Positions 57,134 to 64,000 of a DNA stretch of 64,000 nt are shown here, one piece after another. The translations under genes and the position numbers were made by a program. This stretch comes from Escherichia coli. Its GTDB lineage: Bacteria > Pseudomonadota > Gammaproteobacteria > Enterobacterales > Enterobacteriaceae. A model generated the notes under the pieces. That model saw nothing but the letters and a program-made list of their open reading frames with translations. It had not been told where the DNA came from and ran no database searches. The stretch lies in NCBI RefSeq assembly GCF_024700885.2, contig NZ_CP117014.1; one strand, 5' to 3'. The first letter of the stretch is position 1. Each line of letters opens with the position of its first letter.

Positions 57134-58564
57134 TTACGGGTAAGAAATGCTGAACGTTGAAGATTTTACGTTAAGATAAATGAAGTCATTAAAGTAAACA
57201 GCATCTTTCATATTTTGTATTGTTATGTCGTAAGACAGAAACATATCCAGAGACTCTATTACTCGCCAAATATCTTTAACTTTTACCTGTGCATAACATT
57301 GCTGGGAATCATCATCACTCTGTAGTAATAAACTGAATGATGACGAATCACGGCCAAAATTATCTTCCAACGCTGCTTTAATAGCATTTTGAGCATCGTC
57401 TATCAGAACATTTTTACGTGCAATACCTATAAATTTTATAGTAAATGGCTGTTCATTTGTATCTACATACTCGAACCGCTTGTTCAACTCATTTGGAACA
57501 TTCTCTAGAGCTTTCAGTATTTCTGATTTTAGCTGAGCCTGGCTTACACCCGGCTTATGTCCGCAAAAGAAAATTTTGTTGATGTTTCGAACGTCAAACC
57601 CAGTTATTTTCTCTTGTAACGCTTCGCCCCAAACGTTCAACCATGAAGTTCCATGAACAACATTCTGAATGAATTGGCGATAATCACCGCCCCATACCAC
57701 TTGTTCATCGTATGCAACATAATACTGAGCACGATTTCGAGTTTCTTCTGTAGTTTCCATACCACTACCACCGGTAATGATCGAATCAGTTTTAAACTCT
57801 AGTGACTCCGCATATTGAGCGATATTTCCAGCCGGTTCTAACTTTTGTCCTTCAGCCAAAGTATAGTCGCCAAGGCTAGCCATAACATCGATTCGAACCT
57901 GACAGCCTGCTGGAGGCATCATACCCATAGAACCATCACCAAACTTGACTCCAAGTTGTTCTGTAGGTTTATATGCCAATGAATAGTGCTTACTCTTGTC
58001 TCTGGACATTCTAAATAATGGGTTATATGTCCATTTTTCTTCTACTCCATCTGTAATAACATAAACATCCAGGCTAGAGACTTCTTTTGTTAACTCTCTG
58101 GAAAGCAACAATGTCAGAAATAAAGTTTCCTTCTCAATATCAAATGTAATGCTAACAGCTTCATGCTGTTTAGTTTCTACGCCAGAAACAGTTCCTCCAG
58201 CAGGAATTACAACACTGTTAATAATTGCCAAAGGTGTTTGGTCATTGGCAAGCAATTCAGCCCCGGCTGGTAACGTAATATCCCGATCAGTTTTATTGGT
58301 TATAGACGTTGTTCCGTATGAAGCACTAACAAATCGCCCTACGTAGCTACGGTCTTCAGCAACCGCTAAAATACTTGAGCGACGCGTTGCCGTTGAAATA
58401 AGTCCCTCAGTGAGGCCGCGGCTTGCAAATGTACGGGCAATATAAATAAGCTGCGCTCCGAATATAGCGTGCATCTGCACAAACTGACTATTTACAAATC
58501 GTGACCACCATGTGTTTTCGTTTAACTTGGCGTTAAATTTGTCCAGTAATTCTGTAATCGTCAC
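57134..58564 (-). CDS. Baseplate protein (BplA / gpJ-like)
   Basis: 476 aa; position and size. Confidence 0.45.
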   Translation of the reverse strand: MTITELLDKFNAKLNENTWWSRFVNSQFVQMHAIFGAQLIYIARTFASRGLTEGLISTATRRSSILAVAEDRSYVGRFVSASYGTTSITNKTDRDITLPAGAELLANDQTPLAIINSVVIPAGGTVSGVETKQHEAVSITFDIEKETLFLTLLLSRELTKEVSSLDVYVITDGVEEKWTYNPLFRMSRDKSKHYSLAYKPTEQLGVKFGDGSMGMMPPAGCQVRIDVMASLGDYTLAEGQKLEPAGNIAQYAESLEFKTDSIITGGSGMETTEETRNRAQYYVAYDEQVVWGGDYRQFIQNVVHGTSWLNVWGEALQEKITGFDVRNINKIFFCGHKPGVSQAQLKSEILKALENVPNELNKRFEYVDTNEQPFTIKFIGIARKNVLIDDAQNAIKAALEDNFGRDSSSFSLLLQSDDDSQQCYAQVKVKDIWRVIESLDMFLSYDITIQNMKDAVYFNDFIYLNVKSSTFSISYP

Positions 58565-58935
58565 GCGCCCACCCCACTTGATTTCTGCATAACAATATCC
58601 ATGCTCCCACCTTTCGCATAAAAACTAATTAATAAAGAATCTTCAGAAATTGATGTGCAACGAATCCCCTGCACATCCAAACCTGGCAAGTCTTGTCGTA
58701 GTTTTTTCATCATTCTCCCTTCAATAGCCACTTCAACTATGTGCGAAGTTTCAGAGCCGAATGGTTCATGCTTAAATTCTTCCATTGGACTCCCCCAAGA
58801 GGGTAAACCATAAACACTCCCTTCAGGGGTTCGTAGCCACTCGTCAAGTCGGGCCATCCATGCTGCGGTACTTCCTTCTGCAATAATGACACCGCTCTCA
58901 TTCGTTTGAAGTCTTGCGTCTATTTCGTAAAGCAT
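58561..58935 (-). CDS. Small baseplate protein (PmgA position)
   Basis: 124 aa; 4-bp overlap with the downstream gene. Confidence 0.4.
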   Translation of the reverse strand: MLYEIDARLQTNESGVIIAEGSTAAWMARLDEWLRTPEGSVYGLPSWGSPMEEFKHEPFGSETSHIVEVAIEGRMMKKLRQDLPGLDVQGIRCTSISEDSLLISFYAKGGSMDIVMQKSSGVGA

Positions 58936-58940
58936 CAGTA

Positions 58941-61900
58941 TTAATCCTCAAGCAGAGCATCCAGCGACTGGTCATTAATAGTTGTGCTCGCACGTGGTCG
59001 CGGCTGCGGCTGCGATGTTTTGACAACATTATCCGGATCGCCTTTTGTATTGTTCTTGTTCACATTCAGCAGATCGTTCAGGATAGAGCAGATGTTATCC
59101 AGCGCCTTCAACATAGCAGGATCGTTATTTATAGTGTCAGTAGTTAATGGTTGTCTTATTCCGCTTCGTGCGAGATCGGTTACAGTAGGGAGTTGTGGCG
59201 GCATAGCAAGAAAAGGTTCTTGCACAGCTGAAGCAGAGCCAAATATGGCGTTATTGGCACCAGTTGCTATTCCCCTAATGCTATTAGCGGTTTGTTGAAT
59301 CCCCCCATTCAGCCAGTCTCCAACATTTCTTGTTAATGGGCTAATAGCTCGCGCAATCGCACTATTCTGCCCAGTAGACTGCATTACAAGATCGTTCAAT
59401 ATCCCTGTACTATCAATCCCCCCAACAAGTCGTGAAAGGTTATCGCCAACGGCAGGAATTACTGCGGTTCCTGTCTGTTTAAGCCCTGACACCGTGGAAT
59501 CAAATAGCGAACCAAAGAAGCTCTTATCCTCACCTGTAACCACCTTGTAGCCGTTGTCATAAATCTGCACATCACTTGGTGCCGTGATAGTTCGTTTTCC
59601 AGAGGTAACTACTGGCGCAGCTCCCGCCATAGCCTGGCTGATTGCTAGAGCCTGCTCCTGCTGTGGAGTTTTCGGAGTAGAAGGGGATACTTGATCTCCC
59701 GGAAGTAGATCAATGATTTCTGTATCGTGATTAACAGTGCGTTTTTGTTGTATGGCTGTTGCGATATCAGCCACTTGAGAAGCTTTTTTAAATCCAAAAG
59801 ATTTACCGGTTAAGCCGGATATCTTTTCAGTAAGAGCCTGATCCATTCCTTTCGCTTTTTCGGAAAGCGAAGATATAGAACCAAACGAAGTAGCCAACGC
59901 AAAATCCTTTACCAGGTCCAGACTTGTTCCAGCAAGGCTGGTAGCCGCGCCGCCAAATAAATTACTTGCACCACTGATTCCGCTTTCATTTATTGCGATT
60001 AACCGCTCAAGCAAACTCGATGGAGAGCCGGTATTAACATCAGCGTTCTCTGGATTAATCGGTTGTGGTTGGTTACCTGTTTTTTGTGGCTTTTTGACTG
60101 CCTGGGCATGTTGTGCAACCTCAATTGGCTGTTGTGTTGCTGTCGGAACGGCATTCAAAACTGGTTGAGCTGGAGATTTTCCATTAGCATATTTTACCTT
60201 GCGACCAACACTATATTGCGAATCGCGGGCAATTAGCTGACCACCATTTTCTTTCTGAATTTTATTAATCCGCGCCAAGGTTTCGTCAGAGAATTGCCCC
60301 TCCCATCGACCAGTGTTTGTGTTAAATGCTCCAAGTGCGTTCTTAATGAACTCATTATTAACTGCCGGATTTCCGCCTTCTTTCGTCGCAATTGCACGAA
60401 CTAATTGCGTCATAACCTCTGGTTTGCTGACATCTATTTTTTCATTAGGCGATACACCAAGATATTTACTGACGTTATCAATATATTGGTTAGTATTGTT
60501 CTCATTTGGCGGTGCCCATTTTGAAATGATGCTGGATACCGTCTGTAACTTCTGATATCCCGCTGCGGCACTGGTGCCGTTGTAATAGCTGGAAACCTGG
60601 TTTGCCAGTGCCCTGATCCCTTCTTCAGGTGTGTTAAATCGCGCAAAACGTTGTTCACCTTTTGCATTTGGCGATTCCAGCGTCGCCCCTTCCTGGTTGG
60701 CAAAAACAAGATTGCCGAGATTATTATTTCGGTAATTGCGGTTTTTAGCGTTGCTGCCGCCAATATTCAGATCCGCTGCAATGGTGTTGTTGGCAGGTGC
60801 ACTAAATTCAGTTGGAGAAGTATACCCGTGCTCACCAACTCCATCCTCGCCATTACGCCCACCTTGTAATTGTTCACCTAGAGAATGAATCGCATCGACA
60901 GTTTTTTTGGTGCCGTCTTCAACAGCTTTTTTTACTTGTTTCGTGTTTTCGTCAGTGGATAAAAATGTATCCTTAAGGCTACCAAAAACAGATTTGGTGA
61001 TATCTACCGCGCCGTTAACACCACGAGCAATATCTCCGGTATCAAAATTCTGAAGTTTTTCACCTGCTCTTTCAAATCCTAGCGCAGAAATTCCTTTCCC
61101 TATCAAGTTCGTTGCGCCCGACACCAAGCCCCCCATATCGAGCACATTAGCTGTTGCGTAAGCCGTTTTTTGCTGTTCGGATACAGCATTATCGTCACTT
61201 AATCCAAAGGCTGCCTTTTGCGCCTCTGTATCTGTGTAACCATCTATGGCGTCATATCCAGCCATTGCCAGCGAACCGATGATAGGGACCGCTCTTGCCG
61301 CTGTGGATGCTGCTGATTTAACACCTATTTTTGCAGCACTTTTGAGGGCTACAGATTCAGTTTTTTTCTTTGCAATGGCTTCGCCGGTTTTAATGGTGGC
61401 ATCTTCAGCCACAACACCAGCTGACTTCACGGCCTTAGCAGTATTTTTTGTTTCCTTTGCAATCCCCTTTGATGTATCGCTGATAGTGCTTACATCTTTG
61501 GGTTTGCTGATCTTATTTTTAACTACTTTTGCTGCTCCGACACCAGTGCCAGCCGCAGCGCTACCGGCAGCAACTTTTTCGCCAGCGGAGAGTGCTTTTT
61601 TCCCAAGATTGCGTCCTTTCCTTTTCGATTTGTTCCGTTTATTTTTTCCCGTCTGATCACCAATATTGATTTTATTTCTTCTGCTTGCTCGATTTTTCCA
61701 GAGATCACTTAAGCCGAACTTATTTCCAGAAGACACTGATTTCCGAAGCTTAACTATCTCGTCAGAAACATTTTCCAGACCATCAATTATTTCGTTGTCA
61801 TTGGTCTGAAGGATTTTGGTTTGCTCTTCTACTGCTTGTGCGGATTTTGTCTCAACAGCGTTATTGAACGCTTTTGCAGATGTTGCTTTTTGAGAATTCA

Positions 61901-62810
61901 CCGCCGCCGGATAAGTAATTACTGGTGATATTGCTTTCGAGGTTGATGTTTCTTTTTTCCCCTTTTCTACCCATTCTTTAAGAGATTCTGCTTTACCTGT
62001 GATCTCTTTAGTTATATCGTACATGCCACGAGCCGCCATCCAGAACGGCCCACCAGCACCGACACCAGCTGCATTTGTTAAAGACTCTTCACTGGAAGAC
62101 CGATTGCCATCTACCCCCATAATGGAACCTAGCTTTCTGAGAAAGCCAGCTTGTAATTTTGCGTCGGCTTTACGTGCGTTCTGCAATTCTTTTTTTCTGG
62201 CTACATCCTCATTGCTTTTTTGGGATACAAAACGTCCATTACTATCCCGCAGCGGGCCTTTTAGACTTTGGGGGGATTGTGGTTCAAGAGGGGCTGAATT
62301 AGCAGCTACCGGTATAAAACCGTCCGATTTTCGGATGGTCTGACGTGATTGCACGGAGCGAACACTTTCTGGTGTGTTCGTTGCAACGATAGAGCGGTCC
62401 ACGGTTTGGTTTATCGGTGCCCTCTCCTTTTTAGCAGGGAGACGTTTTTTATATGGGTTAGTTTGGACATCTCTAACGCTATCAGATGTACTTTGCTCGT
62501 ACTCTTTACGCCTGCGTGATAGTCTGTTGCTAACTCTGCCTTGCCTTTCGTCCTGTTGAGTTATGGTGCTTGCCCCAGAAAGAATGGCGTCTTTTACCTC
62601 AGCAAGAGCTTTAAGTTCGTTTGTGCTCGCTTCCTGAATAGCGTCAATTATTGCGATACGGTCTTTATTCTCTTTCAAAATAACCTCTCTTTTACCAGCG
62701 CGATCAACGTTTCCCGGCTTGAGCTTTGTATTTTTCTTCCAGGGCTTTTGACATATGGAGTGCTCGCCATTGCGGTAATTGTTCAGCGTCACTAACGGGC
62801 TGATATCCAT
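58941..62810 (-). CDS. Tail tape-measure/injection protein (Sit-like)
   Basis: 1289 aa, Lys/Ala/Gly-rich with repetitive low-complexity stretches; position upstream of baseplate genes. Confidence 0.55.
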   Translation of the reverse strand: MDISPLVTLNNYRNGEHSICQKPWKKNTKLKPGNVDRAGKREVILKENKDRIAIIDAIQEASTNELKALAEVKDAILSGASTITQQDERQGRVSNRLSRRRKEYEQSTSDSVRDVQTNPYKKRLPAKKERAPINQTVDRSIVATNTPESVRSVQSRQTIRKSDGFIPVAANSAPLEPQSPQSLKGPLRDSNGRFVSQKSNEDVARKKELQNARKADAKLQAGFLRKLGSIMGVDGNRSSSEESLTNAAGVGAGGPFWMAARGMYDITKEITGKAESLKEWVEKGKKETSTSKAISPVITYPAAVNSQKATSAKAFNNAVETKSAQAVEEQTKILQTNDNEIIDGLENVSDEIVKLRKSVSSGNKFGLSDLWKNRASRRNKINIGDQTGKNKRNKSKRKGRNLGKKALSAGEKVAAGSAAAGTGVGAAKVVKNKISKPKDVSTISDTSKGIAKETKNTAKAVKSAGVVAEDATIKTGEAIAKKKTESVALKSAAKIGVKSAASTAARAVPIIGSLAMAGYDAIDGYTDTEAQKAAFGLSDDNAVSEQQKTAYATANVLDMGGLVSGATNLIGKGISALGFERAGEKLQNFDTGDIARGVNGAVDITKSVFGSLKDTFLSTDENTKQVKKAVEDGTKKTVDAIHSLGEQLQGGRNGEDGVGEHGYTSPTEFSAPANNTIAADLNIGGSNAKNRNYRNNNLGNLVFANQEGATLESPNAKGEQRFARFNTPEEGIRALANQVSSYYNGTSAAAGYQKLQTVSSIISKWAPPNENNTNQYIDNVSKYLGVSPNEKIDVSKPEVMTQLVRAIATKEGGNPAVNNEFIKNALGAFNTNTGRWEGQFSDETLARINKIQKENGGQLIARDSQYSVGRKVKYANGKSPAQPVLNAVPTATQQPIEVAQHAQAVKKPQKTGNQPQPINPENADVNTGSPSSLLERLIAINESGISGASNLFGGAATSLAGTSLDLVKDFALATSFGSISSLSEKAKGMDQALTEKISGLTGKSFGFKKASQVADIATAIQQKRTVNHDTEIIDLLPGDQVSPSTPKTPQQEQALAISQAMAGAAPVVTSGKRTITAPSDVQIYDNGYKVVTGEDKSFFGSLFDSTVSGLKQTGTAVIPAVGDNLSRLVGGIDSTGILNDLVMQSTGQNSAIARAISPLTRNVGDWLNGGIQQTANSIRGIATGANNAIFGSASAVQEPFLAMPPQLPTVTDLARSGIRQPLTTDTINNDPAMLKALDNICSILNDLLNVNKNNTKGDPDNVVKTSQPQPRPRASTTINDQSLDALLED

Positions 62811-62824
62811 ACAGAGTCAGGTTG

Positions 62825-63646
62825 TTAATAATGGTTAGCCATCCATTCAGATCTAATTGATGGGATAAACTCTCTATTGAGAAAGGGGACGTACAGTGTG
62901 GTTGTCACATCTGCACCCTCCTTAGCGTTTTTGCAATGTTGCGGAGGCAGGATCAGTCGGCTTGAGCCTCTCTCAATAGACATTTTCAGGCCGTGACGTA
63001 GGTCTTTTTGCATAAGCTGTATGCGAGCCACAAGCGGAGTAAATTCGGTTTCAAGCGCCATGCTTTCAATGATGTCAAAGCGTCGGTTAGCGGCCTGCGT
63101 GAAGTCCTCCGGATCGTCTTCAAGCGCCGTGCATAAAGCGAGTTCAGCAATTCGCATCCGTGCTACGCCAGCACTGTATTCGGGACTTTTCATATCAGGA
63201 AGTGACGCTCGCATTCGTTCAAGGAGTTCCGCACCTTTCCCGGTTAATGGTTTAAGTATCCAGTCAGTTGGTACTCCATTTACTGGTACGTTGGTTTTCA
63301 CGTAAGGAGGTACAGTGAGTATTTCTACTGTTTGGGCCAGGTCGCTCAGGTTAATATCTGCATGATGCGTATTACCGCAGTGACTGCACTCATAGGAGTA
63401 GGTCATTACTGCATCGGGGCGCGAATTAACAAATATCCACCAAAGGGCAGTTCTGCGATCCTGGACTGTCCAGTAAGCACTGTCGTTAATTTCACCATCC
63501 TGCATAGAGTTAAGGTACTCTGTAGTAGTTGCCTCATCTTCTGCCGGGTTCAGGTCAGAATATTTCAGCGCATCCTTCACGGTAGGGGCGTGGAACTGAA
63601 TTTCTGTCTCAGGACGGGAAGGCAATGGGAATTTTGGAATGTTCAA
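62825..63646 (-). CDS. Hypothetical tail-morphogenesis protein (PmgB position)
   Basis: 273 aa with CSHCG motif; directly upstream of sit-like gene. Confidence 0.35.
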   Translation of the reverse strand: MNIPKFPLPSRPETEIQFHAPTVKDALKYSDLNPAEDEATTTEYLNSMQDGEINDSAYWTVQDRRTALWWIFVNSRPDAVMTYSYECSHCGNTHHADINLSDLAQTVEILTVPPYVKTNVPVNGVPTDWILKPLTGKGAELLERMRASLPDMKSPEYSAGVARMRIAELALCTALEDDPEDFTQAANRRFDIIESMALETEFTPLVARIQLMQKDLRHGLKMSIERGSSRLILPPQHCKNAKEGADVTTTLYVPFLNREFIPSIRSEWMANHY

Positions 63647-63732
63647 GTATTCCTCCGATAAGCAGATGTCTGTTTATTCGTTGGAGGATAGGTAGTGTGT
63701 GAAATTGGGTGGAGCTTTGTAATTCTTCTTTT

Positions 63733-63941
63733 TTATCCACAGGATAGATCCAATATATAGATCCTGATTAGATCCATATAGTACCAAATAGATCCCGTAG
63801 CTCTTCAGGCCGCGCCACATAAGGCTTTAACCACTATTCAGATGTGTGCTGGAGGGAGAACGATGTGTGCTGACGGGAAAAATATGTGTGCTGGAGGGTT
63901 TTACATGTGTGCTGACGGGATGTAGGATGTGTGCTGACGGG
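63733..63941. other. Plasmid-type replication origin (oriR-like): DnaA box, GATC heptamer cluster, five iterons
   Basis: TTATCCACA at 63733-63741; AGATCC repeats at 63746-63795; five 21-bp-spaced iterons (G/C/T)ATGTGTGCTG(G/A)(A/C)GGG at 63841, 63862, 63883, 63904, 63926. Confidence 0.75.
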
Positions 63942-64000
63942 AAAAAAAGCCGGATATCCACTGTCGTAAACTTTATTCACAACATGACGGTAACTTATTG

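Noticed and set aside
61246-61656. 136-aa plus-strand ORF inside the sit-like gene
   Set aside because: Antisense within a 1289-aa tail gene; Ala-rich low-complexity translation typical of reverse-frame artefacts.
63841-63941. Possibility that the 21-bp-spaced repeats are a CRISPR or satellite repeat
   Set aside because: Spacing, the GATGTGTGCTGGAGGG core, and the adjacent DnaA box and GATC heptamers fit plasmid origin iterons.

Overview
This window is a contiguous piece of a P1-family temperate phage-plasmid, most similar in its hallmark elements to the D6 lineage rather than P1 itself. The basis is a Cre-homologous tyrosine recombinase (17115-18143) with a 32-bp palindromic site 150 bp upstream (18296-18327) that matches the rox site as I recall it, alongside near-P1-identical Phd/Doc, HumD with a LexA box, PacA/PacB, a DarB-sized methyltransferase-helicase, a Cin-type invertase with an invertible tail-fibre segment, baseplate and tape-measure genes, five tRNAs and an oriR-type origin at the right edge. 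The order lxc-ulx-darB ... sit-pmgB is P1-like, but the block from ref to the tRNA array is inverted and expanded relative to P1. The most interesting candidates for undescribed biology are (i) a small cassette (26.9-29.3 kb: a 402-aa coiled-coil protein, small membrane proteins, a VRR-NUC nuclease) sitting where P1 carries res-mod, and (ii) a six-gene operon (13.4-17.0 kb) containing a DUF2829 (Tad2-like) protein, a dUTPase and a terminase large-subunit paralog with degenerate Walker A/B motifs. A recurrent operator-like motif (TTCTAACA) marks the promoters of both. All protein assignments rest on motif recognition and recalled sequences, not on database searches.
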